Source: a virus
Lineage: Duplodnaviria > Caudoviricetes
Reading direction: 5' to 3' (one strand)
Virus record (IMG/VR): IMGVR_UViG_3300034155_000027
Location: 32,001 to 96,000 of that record
DNA: 64,000 bases
Shown here: in pieces, positions 19,801 through 30,394 of the stretch
Position numbering within the stretch: the first letter of the stretch is position 1
Layout of the letters: each line of letters opens with the position of its first letter
Notes under the pieces: model-generated
The model's database searches: none
What the model was told of the DNA's origin: nothing
Seen by the model: only the letters and a program-made list of their open reading frames with translations
Translations under genes and position numbers: made by a program

Positions 19801-22140
19801 AGTACTTGCTCGTTCACCAACAAATTTAGAAGATACTTGTCTAATTCTCCAGCTATCTCCCATGGTGTCTAAATTAAAACCGCTTAATGATTGTTTAATC
19901 ATTCTGGCTCTTTCAACCGAGAAAGATTCTCCAATTTCATTAACAAATATTTCATGATATCTGTGGTAATCATTCATTGACCCAGCAAGATTTGTCATAT
20001 TAAACGGTACAGAATCATCTGAAAAATATACTTTTACTTCAGTTCCAATTCCAGATATTGCACCAACAGGATCTCCTAATCCGTGAACTCCATTTATTAC
20101 TGAAATAATTGTTTTACAGCTTCCACCACAAGGTGTTTCATAAGCTACACCACTAATAATAAATCTTCCGTAATCAGGAATAGTATTATTTAAATTATCA
20201 GTTGGTTGAACCACTATTGTTTTCCCAACCATTAATTCTTCAGCTGTTAAATCTAATAAAATAGTATATTCAACAGATGTAGTATTATAAACCACGTCAG
20301 TAACAACATTTGTTATAGTAGCATTCCAATATCCATCACCCTGTGTTAGATTTGGTTTAGCTAATAAATCTCTTCTACTACCATTAATTATAGAATTTCT
20401 ATCCCTAATAGGTGGAATTACTAATGTAGGATAATTTCCAGCAGCCATCGCTGTATCATAAGAACCTACAGGTGATGCAAATCCAGCTCTTGTTCCACCA
20501 AGTCCTAAAGCATCATATCCATCAGTAGAATCAGCAATTACATTATATTCATAAGACCCGGCAGTAAGAACCGCACCAGATCTTTGACCACTAATAATTG
20601 TAAACGCTGCACCATTATAATGATCTGCAAGCATTAATCCAAATTCACCATTTTGAGCAAATGCAATAAATCGATAATTATATCCAGCTCTTCTAAATTG
20701 TTTATTTGTTTCTTCTACTATTCTATCAAGATTATATTTACCAGGAGTTGACCCAAAGTTTCCAGTAATATCAATTGGTGGTAAATCATAATAAGAATGC
20801 TCAGGATCTCCATTAACATATAATCTTAACCATAAATTATAATGGTTTAAATCTATTTTGTTTGGATCAAATCCTAAACCTACTACTGCAGCACCTCTTG
20901 GATTTCCAAGAATTACACTTTGTGTAAAATACATTCCATCCGGAATTATATCTGGTAAAACACCAGCAGCAGCATATACACCCCATGTTTGATGATCAAA
21001 TCTAGCCCTATCAATTCTAGCATATCCATCACCAATTTGACTAACTAAATTATATGTATCAATTCTAACTGTCCAATCAGCCCCTGGAATAAATCTAATA
21101 GATTTAATTGGAAATATAGATTCAAGCCCATTTCCATAATTAATTCTAACAATATCTCCAATTTTAACATGAGCAAATTTAGCATCAAAAGAAAAATCAG
21201 AATTATCTTCTGGTAAGAATTTAATTATATCATCACCTATAGTTATATTATCCCTAGGTGCTAATTGACTAGGTTCAGCTAAATAAGCTTCAATTCTAGT
21301 TGGCGGAATTAAATTTATATTATATCCATCTAGATTTAAATCTTGTGCTCTAGCTGTTCTTGGAATTCCATTAGAATTTAAAATAGCACGATCAATTCCT
21401 GTAGAAATTGTTTCTCTAGTATCTATACAATCTAAGGCTTCTTGTACATTTTCTAAATCAGATGGTAAAGATAAGAAATTAGTAGCGTCTACAGTAATTG
21501 CAGTAGCTGGATGTGCATATGTAATTAAGTTTTGATGATCTACTAATTCATTATTTATTGCCAATAATGCATCTGCTAACTGAGTAGCAGAACGAATATT
21601 TCCATCTTTATCAAGTAAACCAGTCCAAGTATAAGTATCTCTAATGTCTGTTGGAATATTGTTTAAATCTATTTGACTTACAACATGTCTGGCAAGAGTT
21701 GTATTATCAGTTAATGTTTCACCACCAGATATATGTATCAATAAATCAGATTTTGTTTCAATTGCTAAATCTGTAATTATTTCTACTTGTCCATCTAAAT
21801 CTGTAAGTGATGTATTTAAATCTGCTGTTGAATAATCCAGGTCAAGTTTAAATTCTTTAATTCCAGCATTATTAGCAATTTGAGCATCATAAATTGGTAA
21901 AGTAACCAATCCAACAGAAGATAAGGCTTCAGAATTTATTGTACCATCTGCATTGATAGATACAGCAATTCTAGATCCTAAACTTGTTTTAGAACCTTGT
22001 GGATTTAATCCTATAGTTTTTTCAATTGCAAATACAGCTTCTCTGAGCTGATTAATTGACATGGTTCCGAATTCAGATAAATTATCATCAATTCTAACTA
22101 TAGTTTTATCATTGTCAACTTGGCCTGGATATACAGTCAT
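16897..22140 (-). CDS. Large virion fibre/appendage protein with C-terminal beta-helix
   Basis: HxAxxI..VQEAL fibre motif, many I-x-x-N rungs near the C-terminus, 8 DGY motifs. Start taken at MTVYP. Confidence 0.6.
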   Translation of the reverse strand: MTVYPGQVDNDKTIVRIDDNLSEFGTMSINQLREAVFAIEKTIGLNPQGSKTSLGSRIAVSINADGTINSEALSSVGLVTLPIYDAQIANNAGIKEFKLDLDYSTADLNTSLTDLDGQVEIITDLAIETKSDLLIHISGGETLTDNTTLARHVVSQIDLNNIPTDIRDTYTWTGLLDKDGNIRSATQLADALLAINNELVDHQNLITYAHPATAITVDATNFLSLPSDLENVQEALDCIDTRETISTGIDRAILNSNGIPRTARAQDLNLDGYNINLIPPTRIEAYLAEPSQLAPRDNITIGDDIIKFLPEDNSDFSFDAKFAHVKIGDIVRINYGNGLESIFPIKSIRFIPGADWTVRIDTYNLVSQIGDGYARIDRARFDHQTWGVYAAAGVLPDIIPDGMYFTQSVILGNPRGAAVVGLGFDPNKIDLNHYNLWLRLYVNGDPEHSYYDLPPIDITGNFGSTPGKYNLDRIVEETNKQFRRAGYNYRFIAFAQNGEFGLMLADHYNGAAFTIISGQRSGAVLTAGSYEYNVIADSTDGYDALGLGGTRAGFASPVGSYDTAMAAGNYPTLVIPPIRDRNSIINGSRRDLLAKPNLTQGDGYWNATITNVVTDVVYNTTSVEYTILLDLTAEELMVGKTIVVQPTDNLNNTIPDYGRFIISGVAYETPCGGSCKTIISVINGVHGLGDPVGAISGIGTEVKVYFSDDSVPFNMTNLAGSMNDYHRYHEIFVNEIGESFSVERARMIKQSLSGFNLDTMGDSWRIRQVSSKFVGERASTGNDFRYFTRFVVTDYNQITGEFDGYLGDPVGNGTINNGPLTRGRKDFPVRFYDNTYVNFIDIEFRENANSPGSILLPIDSISRYVDIEIFPSLRNHNEYLTVAGVSHDSMTYQSITDLREFGTLSEENFTDSAIQFIESGERYLHTNGIVRGFEYEQTGITQSVLEFTGGMALVNGSFVAMDSFDVKLPEIYTTLTSVLEFFICVTETGQLKAIIKDNGSQFFTADYEYFVETLTFAEIVDKRKDLTIIARVKAQVANSLGTITYNLLEVTDARRFVYNQDISTFSFSMAESEDGYNSSFKTPDSLMNWVNEYGVNEVQVQYVKIDSPTTLSFTKEVNLIGGTYDVQIVEGLIFASGNWKIKNAKVFYTLEDPWYTHISNIFNVELSRAAIAISSVISMENFGIENTTFYYSGIQRPPFIGIYSPNATFKNGKFFGNTFIDEGTSTYCLAIAFANTDPTSLTSPTFSNIIISENIAINNQGLLISASSVQENGTAGEWLSVNKVNIDNIKITNNKFGYICYLTDGGKLLIENNISEVILDGITATMHTENLTYGLSITDTHGYSTEHIIQGNTCSYLKAETTAGVDQLKTIISKNIITRRSDILIDKFIPLYDDINNKRAITTVSNSFDVSNVICSDNIIDGLVNGYLYNIYTEGGVTISGNIINNISTNGYGIFNFGFHPDQPSTIIGNTLHKRDETNISYFIFANTDASVYGNNMSHFILSNELYDGYDGYDGYAYGSSYFTNLNVIRSSIWNPLNSSFAHNINQVSECSATVFPVSSLLFNETPTPASDPNISAVGNERISLYCRTPNTGLARIENTDSIIWTWDGSGATNDGTVGIVIPVYSLIPKHTSLLSFDITVTVVGDWVVTGSTLEGQIANNAYPELVLEINNRKVLGYNISTDGNFRLTYRNGALYTGERPNEPLNNTATIRIKQGTTEDILKPGCYIGPTGAGSLTMLKPTLKYLY

Positions 22141-22175
22141 TATTATTCCCAATATAAAAGGATTATTACTACTTA

Positions 22176-22610
22176 TTATACCTGGTTATTATCAGGTTCA
22201 GCGTCTGTGTTTTCTGTAGGTTCAATTGGTAATTTATTAAATTTTTCCTTAATATTTTCAGGAATATATTTACGAGCATAAAATTTAGTAAAACAATATA
22301 CTTTACTACTAAACAAACCAGAAATTATTCCGAAAAACACTTTTCCAGAAACACTAGTTGCAAACGGATCTGGAAAAGGATACTGAGAAACAAAATAAGC
22401 TAAAACACCACCTACAAAAATAGGAAGCCCTCGTAATATCCATTCGTTCCAAAAATCAATTAATACTTCTTCTATCTTCTCAGGTAATATTGATTTTAGT
22501 TTTTTTAAAAAAGTTTCCATAACACTTCTAATCATAAGAATAGAAATGGCTACAACAAGAGAAAATGCAAAAAACGAAACAGAAAATAAACCCAAAAGTG
22601 CTTGTTCCAT
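22176..22610 (-). CDS. Membrane protein with about 3 TM helices, holin-like
   Basis: Three hydrophobic segments and a charged C-terminus. Confidence 0.5.
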   Translation of the reverse strand: MEQALLGLFSVSFFAFSLVVAISILMIRSVMETFLKKLKSILPEKIEEVLIDFWNEWILRGLPIFVGGVLAYFVSQYPFPDPFATSVSGKVFFGIISGLFSSKVYCFTKFYARKYIPENIKEKFNKLPIEPTENTDAEPDNNQV

Positions 22611-22694
22611 AAATTTAAAGCAAAGAAACCTATTTTTTAGGAAAGGAATTGCTCTTTCTCCTTTATTGAAGCCTTTTTAAATTGTCAATTTTCG

Positions 22695-25600
22695 TTACGG
22701 AGTAATGTCAAATAATCCATAGTTTTCAGCTGATACAGTCCAATCAGTTATATCTCCATTAATAATATTACCTAAAGAAGATATATCAAACCAATTTCCA
22801 AAAATTGCTCCAGGACCATGTAACCCTATAATATTAATAGGAGTTAATACGCTTGGTACTGTATTTGAATGAAATCCATTTCCAGTAATTAATGTTCCAT
22901 ATTTTAATGGTTCTAAAACTAAGAAAGATCTTGATAATGCCCCTTTATAAAGCCAGTTTGTTAAAATATTATTTCCACTAATATTAGCTACAGATGTTTT
23001 TATATCTAATACTGCCATATTTTCTGTAACAAAATCAACTGATTCGCCAACAATTGCACTTCCAGTGGTACTATGAGTTATAGTATTGTTGTGTATGTGT
23101 AAATTTGCATATGTAAAATCAGCACTTGAATTATCTATTTGTACAGCTGCTTGAATTCCAATATTTACTGGTAATCCAGAGTCATCAGTTATATAAATTA
23201 AATCATTATTATCAAATTTTACACTCCAACCAGGAGCATTAAGTTGGAACAATCCAATCTTTGTTAAAGATGTAATCCATGTTGTTCTAGCTGGTCTTGC
23301 TACTTTATTATAATATCCAATAATTCTATTATTAGCAATATTTAAAGTAGAAAATGGCGCATATCCTTCATATCCATCCTCTGAATTATATTCAGAACCA
23401 GTTGCTTGATCTATTCTAATTCCTCCTGCTGGTGGTAAATCTATAACAAATGCTGTTGCTACTGGAATTGGAGAATTTAAATAATGATGAATATCATTTC
23501 CAATTACTTGAAACATTGTTCCTAAAGAATTAGATGAATTTCCAAGAGTTTCTGTAATGTGTAATGGTAATGCTCCTATAAATGTATTATTTATAATAGA
23601 TAAAGATCCTTCAGCAATTAATGTACAAGCAGCTATTGGGTTTGTTAATCTGTATAATTGATCTGGGCCTGATATTTTGCTATTTTTTACAATTAACAAA
23701 TCATCAGATTTAATTTCTACATATCTAAATACATTACTATATAAAGAACTATCAATTGCAGTATACCCATCAACTCCACAATTTACAACTATATTATCAA
23801 CTAATACTTTACTGGTTAAATTACCAATATTAATATATTTATAACCATTATTGTATAATGATTGGTAATTTAATATTCTAGAACCAGTTCCAATTGTATT
23901 TTTATATGGATCAAATAAACAATTGGTTAATTGTATTTCTCCTTCAAATGCACTTTGCATTAGTGCATATCCATATCCTGTAAATTCACAACAATTTATT
24001 ATTGATGTTTCATCATTTTGAACAACCAAACTAACTAAGTTTGGAAATGTTCCATCTTGATGGAAATAACAATCTTCTATAATTGATTTATTATCATGTT
24101 CAACATATACTGTACAATTTATAAAAATAACATTTTTAAATGTTGTATATTCTTGAACTCCTGTTATTTTTGAAGAAATTCTTTGAGGATTATTAGTAGA
24201 TTGGAACTCAACGTTTGTAGCTATACCAACATAGTTTTCATATACACCACTACTATTAATTGGTATATTTGAGTTTAATAATATCCTAATCGATCTTCCA
24301 GAAGCAATTTCTCTAGCTGTAGTATTTCCTAATAATTTTGGAATATTTAACTGAGTGTTTACAGTATATTCACCAGGATTAATAACAATTACTTGTTCTG
24401 TTCTACTGTTAGAGTAATTGGTTGTTCTATCAATTAATGTATTTACAATTTCTAAAGCAGATGTTCCTGTAAAATCTCCAGTAGAACTAACCCCATCACC
24501 AATTGTTATTTGCCAAGGAGTGCTATTTACAACACCCCACTGATTACCAGAATCAATTAATCGATATGCCCATTTTGTTGTTCTTGTATCATATATCCAT
24601 CTTTCTCTAGCTGCAGCATATTGAGCTTCAGAACTAGAAATTATATTTGGCCCACCTTTATTTCCTATTAAACTTACAAATGCACCTTCTGTTTCTACTG
24701 TTGTGCTTAAATTTAAAAAGTTTCCTGGATATAAAGAGTTTGGTGAAACAGCAATATGATAATTATTGTTTATAAATAATTTTCCAAGAGTTGCTTTAAT
24801 AAAACCTTGATTAGCCTCTATACTATAAGTTCTAACCTTACAATTTTCGATTTTTAATTCTGCATAATCAGGTCTTAAAGAATATAAAAAGCTTACACCA
24901 ATACCAACAGCATCTATAAAACATTGTTTCATTTGTAACATAGTATGAGCTGTATTTGGTGTATCGCCAGTCCAAGTAGCAGTAGCTACTGCATATGGTG
25001 TTACAGCAGTCCCAGTATATTTGCCAACTAAAGTAACATTTTCTAATAATACTTCAGAACCTGGTTGTAATAATATAATAGGAGAAATTGGAGATGGTGT
25101 AGTTCCTCCAAAATTATCAAAAACTGTTAAATTCCACATACGACTCATTTTTGTGGAAAAATTAGTTTCGGTAACTCCATCTCCAATTAATTCACGATCT
25201 TCAGCTCTACTAAAATTAAAAGCAGGACAAATTCTTGTATCAATTCTTGTTCCACCAGCTTCTCCCCAAATAGTAAATCCTTTTGGTATAATTACTGTAT
25301 GTTGTAATATATAATCACCAGATTTTACAACAATAATTCCGCCTTTATCTTTTAATCTGGGATGATTAAAAGCCCACAAAAAAGCTTCATATAAATCTCT
25401 TTGAGGTGAAGAGTCTTCTGCTCTATATCCATCGCCAATAGTAACAAAACCTTGACCCATTCCAAAAGCCATTAACTCTAATGTTTGTTGCACATCAGGG
25501 GCTGGATATAGAACTAATGGAAGATCCATATCAATATGTCTAGCGGTATGTCGATGCATAGTACCATCAACATGACCAAGAAAATGAGTAGTAATTTGTT

Positions 25601-25784
25601 CTAATACTGTTTGTACTTCTGTTCCGGTAAATGGAGCAGATAAAAGTGGAGACATATCAATATGATTTGCTACATGTCTCCAATCACCACCAGTAACGTG
25701 AGCAATAAAATCTTGTTTATGAGTGGCTGAATACCCACCTTCTCTAATACGTCCTGATCCTATATATCTAGTTCTTGTGACCAT
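22695..25784 (-). CDS. Tailspike-like protein with tandem pectin-lyase-type beta-helices
   Basis: Two TIGDG..(K/P)G(D/E)Y entries (GGIIVVKSGDY; IVINPGEY); N-terminal RHxAxHIDM..VQxxLE repeats. Confidence 0.65.
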   Translation of the reverse strand: MVTRTRYIGSGRIREGGYSATHKQDFIAHVTGGDWRHVANHIDMSPLLSAPFTGTEVQTVLEQITTHFLGHVDGTMHRHTARHIDMDLPLVLYPAPDVQQTLELMAFGMGQGFVTIGDGYRAEDSSPQRDLYEAFLWAFNHPRLKDKGGIIVVKSGDYILQHTVIIPKGFTIWGEAGGTRIDTRICPAFNFSRAEDRELIGDGVTETNFSTKMSRMWNLTVFDNFGGTTPSPISPIILLQPGSEVLLENVTLVGKYTGTAVTPYAVATATWTGDTPNTAHTMLQMKQCFIDAVGIGVSFLYSLRPDYAELKIENCKVRTYSIEANQGFIKATLGKLFINNNYHIAVSPNSLYPGNFLNLSTTVETEGAFVSLIGNKGGPNIISSSEAQYAAARERWIYDTRTTKWAYRLIDSGNQWGVVNSTPWQITIGDGVSSTGDFTGTSALEIVNTLIDRTTNYSNSRTEQVIVINPGEYTVNTQLNIPKLLGNTTAREIASGRSIRILLNSNIPINSSGVYENYVGIATNVEFQSTNNPQRISSKITGVQEYTTFKNVIFINCTVYVEHDNKSIIEDCYFHQDGTFPNLVSLVVQNDETSIINCCEFTGYGYALMQSAFEGEIQLTNCLFDPYKNTIGTGSRILNYQSLYNNGYKYINIGNLTSKVLVDNIVVNCGVDGYTAIDSSLYSNVFRYVEIKSDDLLIVKNSKISGPDQLYRLTNPIAACTLIAEGSLSIINNTFIGALPLHITETLGNSSNSLGTMFQVIGNDIHHYLNSPIPVATAFVIDLPPAGGIRIDQATGSEYNSEDGYEGYAPFSTLNIANNRIIGYYNKVARPARTTWITSLTKIGLFQLNAPGWSVKFDNNDLIYITDDSGLPVNIGIQAAVQIDNSSADFTYANLHIHNNTITHSTTGSAIVGESVDFVTENMAVLDIKTSVANISGNNILTNWLYKGALSRSFLVLEPLKYGTLITGNGFHSNTVPSVLTPINIIGLHGPGAIFGNWFDISSLGNIINGDITDWTVSAENYGLFDITP

Positions 25785-25851
25785 ACCCAAATACAAGAAT
25801 AGTATTGGTATTATGATTGATTTATGTTTTTACCAAAGAATTTAATTTATT

Positions 25852-27996
25852 TTAAGGCAAAACAATAGTATGTGTATGACCTAATACGTTTGATATAACA
25901 CCATTAATTATAGGGTGGTTATGTCCTTGTTCTATACTGGTCATCTGATTTATTAAATTTAATGATGTAATTGATTCATTTACAACCAACCTATGTAGGT
26001 GTAACGGTATTTGTCCTTGTTCTATCGAGCCAGAAATTGATGTTAATAATTCACTAGGATACATAGAAGTATCTCTAAATGCTCTAACTTGATAAATAGG
26101 ATCTGTTTTTCTTACTCTAACCGCTGTAAATTTTTGAAGTCCAGATTCCATTAATAATGTATTATTCCTTTCTACATCAATAATTTCATATCTCCACTCT
26201 TCTGTTCCATCTATATTATATCGAATTAAGAAATCTCCATCTTGAATTACTGGAATTACTCCCAACCAACAATTTGGTACATATGAGTTTTCTATTCCTG
26301 ATTCTTCTCTCTTTAAATCTTCTTTTGTTGGTCCAAATCTTACCAATACTCTACCATCAGATCTTCGTGGGTTGAAAAACTGTTCATATCCAGTTACCAA
26401 AGAAGTTCCATATGTATCCAATCCTCTATATGCTGTATTTTCTCTTGCAGAATCTACATGTTGAGATTGTTTTCCTTTCCACATTCTCTTAAATAATGAA
26501 CATAATCTTCCAGTGTTTTCTAATAAATATTCCTCTCTCATATTTATATAGTCTTGTACACTTAAACCCCTAATAGATCCCGTTGATTCATATCCATCTG
26601 CACAACCATATTCTCCACCAAAATATGATCCTACACATTTTCCGGATAATAAATCTGGTAAATATGTTCTTCCCCATCCTCTATTATCCCATGGTAAAAA
26701 TCCTGCATTAGTATTATCTATTACATCTAAACTGGATGAACCAGTTAAAATATCAACACGATTTCTATAGCCATCTGTAATTGTTCTAGCATATTGCTCA
26801 GAGAATTTGTTTTCGCCCATTCCAACAGCAACGTTTTGATCTTCAAAACCACACCATAATCTTACGAATGGATTTTCATAATATCTAATACCATCATAAC
26901 CCTCTACAGTATGTGGTCGTGGTTGATATCCATATATTCCACGTTGATCTATATTTGATAATATTAAATTATTATTTGCAAAATCAACGGAAGAATAAGC
27001 AATAATTTCTGCTCCAATAATAATAACTCCACTTTCAGGAAACAATGAAGCATCATTTATAGGAATTATTAAGTCAGTAGATGAAATATCTTCTCTCAAT
27101 ATATCATTTGGATAAAAACGCAAATCACCAATTCTTGGTAATTGATCAAAATCAATTGTATCAGGTTCATGTGCAGCCGCTTTTACTGCAAAATAATACA
27201 TGTCACCAACTTTAAAATTTCCAGAAACAGTGGCTTGTGTTTGATTATTTGCAGCAATAAGTTTTACACCATCACTAAATACATCATGTTTGGTAGAAGA
27301 CCAATAAATATTGTAAACAAGTTTCCAATCAGAAGGTTTACAATATGTTTTATGCCATTCTAAAGTAACCTCTCTTCCATTTCCATGAAAAGCAACAGTA
27401 CGTAAACCATGTAAAGATCTATCAAATGTAAAAAGATTAACAGGAGCAGAACAAGGCGAAACAACCCCAGATATATTTGGAATTAATTCCCAAGGAGGAA
27501 CTGTAATCTCAGGACTAATTGATGTCCAACCAATAGCTCTTCGTAATTGTAATAATTGATCAGCTCTAAGTTGCCACTGTAAACGTATCCAATCCCAATC
27601 GATATCTGAATCATCAGAATGTGTTGGTGTTGTTGTAACTTCTATTGTTTCAGATAATAAAGATCTTTCTAGTAAAATATTAATCGTACGTCCAGGCCGT
27701 ATAGCAAAAATATCCGTTCTTGTTGGATTGTCAGTTTCTGCACGAAGATTACCCTCTATTAATAAAGTGTGATTAGAGTCAAAAGGAACAATTTGCCAAT
27801 CGTTAGCTATAAAGAAAGTTGCTCCAGTTAATTTTCCATTACCTGTATCTTCGTTTCCAGTAGGTCTTAATGCCCGTGTAAGATTTAAATGATCAGGAAC
27901 CCATGCTTTCCATGCTGTATATAAATCTCTAACCGAAAAACTATCGGTTGAGGTTAATATAATTTTTTTTAAAACAGGGTCGAAACTAAAACCCAT
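25852..27996 (-). CDS. Neck/head-closure-like protein with FN3 domain and His-x-His C-terminus
   Basis: FN3 signature (VTLEW..YNIYWS..YYFAVKA); IQDGDFLIRY..RYEI; HLH/HNH/HTH triplets. Confidence 0.5.
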   Translation of the reverse strand: MGFSFDPVLKKIILTSTDSFSVRDLYTAWKAWVPDHLNLTRALRPTGNEDTGNGKLTGATFFIANDWQIVPFDSNHTLLIEGNLRAETDNPTRTDIFAIRPGRTINILLERSLLSETIEVTTTPTHSDDSDIDWDWIRLQWQLRADQLLQLRRAIGWTSISPEITVPPWELIPNISGVVSPCSAPVNLFTFDRSLHGLRTVAFHGNGREVTLEWHKTYCKPSDWKLVYNIYWSSTKHDVFSDGVKLIAANNQTQATVSGNFKVGDMYYFAVKAAAHEPDTIDFDQLPRIGDLRFYPNDILREDISSTDLIIPINDASLFPESGVIIIGAEIIAYSSVDFANNNLILSNIDQRGIYGYQPRPHTVEGYDGIRYYENPFVRLWCGFEDQNVAVGMGENKFSEQYARTITDGYRNRVDILTGSSSLDVIDNTNAGFLPWDNRGWGRTYLPDLLSGKCVGSYFGGEYGCADGYESTGSIRGLSVQDYINMREEYLLENTGRLCSLFKRMWKGKQSQHVDSARENTAYRGLDTYGTSLVTGYEQFFNPRRSDGRVLVRFGPTKEDLKREESGIENSYVPNCWLGVIPVIQDGDFLIRYNIDGTEEWRYEIIDVERNNTLLMESGLQKFTAVRVRKTDPIYQVRAFRDTSMYPSELLTSISGSIEQGQIPLHLHRLVVNESITSLNLINQMTSIEQGHNHPIINGVISNVLGHTHTIVLP

Positions 27997-28014
27997 AAAA
28001 CCTTCTATATATAA

Positions 28015-29370
28015 TTAAATAACAATTTCTTCAGCGGCAGCAACCTGTACAGTAACCTCAGTAGATTGAGTGAATCTAAATAAACCTATTTCCCATTGAC
28101 TTGTTGCAAACCCACTGATAATTACAATTGCATCAAGATCTCCGTTTTCACTCCAATCCCATGTAACAGGAATTGATGCACGACCACTTACAGAACCAGC
28201 CATTGCTACACCACTAGCATCCAATAACGGATCAGATGCTGATGTTCCCCACAAAGCACGAGAATGAACTTCGTATTTTGCACTAACATCACTTTGTGCA
28301 TAAACGCTTGGTAAAATAGTAGCAACTGCTACATATTTAAACGTACGTAATACACCTAAATCATCTGTAAAAGAACAGGCGTTTTGATCAACAGGATCCA
28401 TGTCATAAATATATACGCCTTTTCCTGAAGCAAGTTGTCTTGTATAAAGTTTATCAACATAATATAATGCAGTTGGTGAACATTTACCATTTAATGTACC
28501 AGCACCAGAATCCACATCAGCATTTTTTCTATGTATCCACTCATCCCATTCATAAACCCGCTGAAGCCTTGCAGTATTCGCATCAATAACATATGAAAAA
28601 TCATATGATCCACCTTGCATAGCAAACGACTGAGGTGTAGTATAACCAGTTAATGTCATTGAATCATATGGACTAACATCAGCATAACCATCTGAGTTTG
28701 CATCAATACCTGTATCAGCAACTGATGCTTTTGCGTCTACTGTTGTTGATAATGCAATTCTATATAATTGTCCATTTAAAGCTACAGTGTTATAAACTGA
28801 GAAAATATTGTTTTCTGAAGGTGTTCTTTGTGGTGTTCGTGCTCTAATAATAATATTATTTCCAGTACGATCAAAGTTACCATGTGTTGAATCACCAAAT
28901 ATTTGTATTGGTTCTGCTGGTGCTCCAGTAAAAGTAAAATCAACAGGTATACCGGTTATCTGTTCGTAATAACATTGTTCAGTATCTCCAATATCAGAAG
29001 GATATCCTGCTAATACACTACACCATTCTTGTTTTGTATCAATATCAACATAATCAATAGTAGTTACTTCTTTCCATCCTCCAAGTGCATGTCTTTTACG
29101 AGTTGCATTATCATATGGCTCCCAACCATTTCTACAAATACCAATTTCAGATGTAATCATTTTCCAAGGAAATGGCCATCGTAATTGTCCATCAGTATTT
29201 AACCAATATGACTTATGACATTGGTAAATTGCTTTTAAACTAACCCTCGTAGTTGCACCTATATTGCCGGCTACCATTAGTTGATAAGTATGTGGTGTAG
29301 TTGTGGTATCCAATACCATTTCAGTACCAACACGAATATCATCTGCATCAGTTAAAATCGCGATTGTCAT
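28015..29370 (-). CDS. Virion structural/fibre-associated protein
   Basis: Long ORF; N-terminal motif shared with 25852-27996 and 30395-31948. Confidence 0.5.
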   Translation of the reverse strand: MTIAILTDADDIRVGTEMVLDTTTTPHTYQLMVAGNIGATTRVSLKAIYQCHKSYWLNTDGQLRWPFPWKMITSEIGICRNGWEPYDNATRKRHALGGWKEVTTIDYVDIDTKQEWCSVLAGYPSDIGDTEQCYYEQITGIPVDFTFTGAPAEPIQIFGDSTHGNFDRTGNNIIIRARTPQRTPSENNIFSVYNTVALNGQLYRIALSTTVDAKASVADTGIDANSDGYADVSPYDSMTLTGYTTPQSFAMQGGSYDFSYVIDANTARLQRVYEWDEWIHRKNADVDSGAGTLNGKCSPTALYYVDKLYTRQLASGKGVYIYDMDPVDQNACSFTDDLGVLRTFKYVAVATILPSVYAQSDVSAKYEVHSRALWGTSASDPLLDASGVAMAGSVSGRASIPVTWDWSENGDLDAIVIISGFATSQWEIGLFRFTQSTEVTVQVAAAEEIVI

Positions 29371-29849
29371 TACCAAGACCTCCTAGTATTTGAATCTAAT
29401 GCAATAATTCTACAGTCTTCAATTGTAAAATCTATATGACCACCTGTAGTAACTGTCCCAAGAGGATTTCCGTTTTCTCTTGTTCCTGATGCTCTTAATA
29501 ACTCTAAGCCTTCTGCTTTGGAAGCGTGTGGGAAAACAACAGGGCAATCACGAGAAATACCCCACAAATACCACTGGTAATCTGTAGCAGTCATAAATTC
29601 TTTAGCAGCCATCATTTCTTCTGGTTCATCAATTCCTAAATCCCACAATCCACCGTTTTGACGTAAGCCTTGATTAGCTAATTTAAGCCCAGCAGTTTTA
29701 ATCATTAAACGAAGAGGTTCTATTAGTTTTTTTAATTCTTCTGGCATATCAGAAGCATTTTCTGTTCCACGCCTCATTCTACCAAGAGTATATCTTAAAT
29801 CTGAACGAACAATTTTTTTAAGATCAATGGTTTCATTACTAGTTTGCAT
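29370..29849 (-). CDS. Hypothetical protein
   Basis: 159-aa ORF whose stop abuts the next start. Confidence 0.6.
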   Translation of the reverse strand: MQTSNETIDLKKIVRSDLRYTLGRMRRGTENASDMPEELKKLIEPLRLMIKTAGLKLANQGLRQNGGLWDLGIDEPEEMMAAKEFMTATDYQWYLWGISRDCPVVFPHASKAEGLELLRASGTRENGNPLGTVTTGGHIDFTIEDCRIIALDSNTRRSW

Positions 29850-29944
29850 AAAAACCTTTTTATAAAATGGAATAATTAATAATACTATTATATAACTATA
29901 TTATTATAATGCTATAATATTAGAATTATTTCGATGCTTTTTTA

Positions 29945-30329
29945 TTGGAAGAGATTTAATAGAAAGATTGCAAATTGGAGTTATTATCAATTGGAACAAT
30001 TGATAATATACAAAGCAGAAGCAATTGGGAAGAAAGTAGAATATGTAGATCCAAGATTTACAAGTCAGAGGTGCAATTCTTGCGGGCACATAGCGCGCAA
30101 GAATCGCAATGGTGATAAATTCCTATGTGAAAAATGTGGGCATGAAGATGGATCAGATATTAATGCGGCAAAGAATATAAGGGATTTATGGCTAGAAGCC
30201 AAAAATCCAGCTAATAAAATTAGCAATCCCGAAAGGGCAGGTACAAGTCAAAGTACCATATGTCTCCCGAGCTGGCGAAAGCCAGCGAGGGATTTGACAA
30301 GCCTAGGGGCTAGTCCCCTAGGTAATTGA
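29945..30329 (+). pseudogene. tnpB: 5'-truncated TnpB remnant
   Basis: NWSYYQLEQLIIYKA..VDPRFTSQRCNSCG..FLCEKCG..DINAAKNI; RuvC-I and II are missing and upstream DNA is AT-rich intergenic. Confidence 0.85.
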
Positions 30330-30330
30330 C
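30210..30330 (+). ncRNA. TnpB omegaRNA scaffold / IS605 right end
   Basis: GNRA-capped stems cccGAAAggg (30228-37) and gctggcGAAAgccagc (30271-86), terminal hairpin cctagggg-ctagt-cccctagg (30302-22), then TAATTGAC. Confidence 0.75.
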
Positions 30331-30394
30331 TGTTACTTAATTATTTATATATCATAAAATAAATTACCGTAATAATTGCATTATTAATTTTTGA

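Noticed and set aside
30331-30346. TnpB guide (TGTTAC..) targeting the TGTTACCAAAGAA sites
   Set aside because: Only 6 nt match, too short to support targeting.
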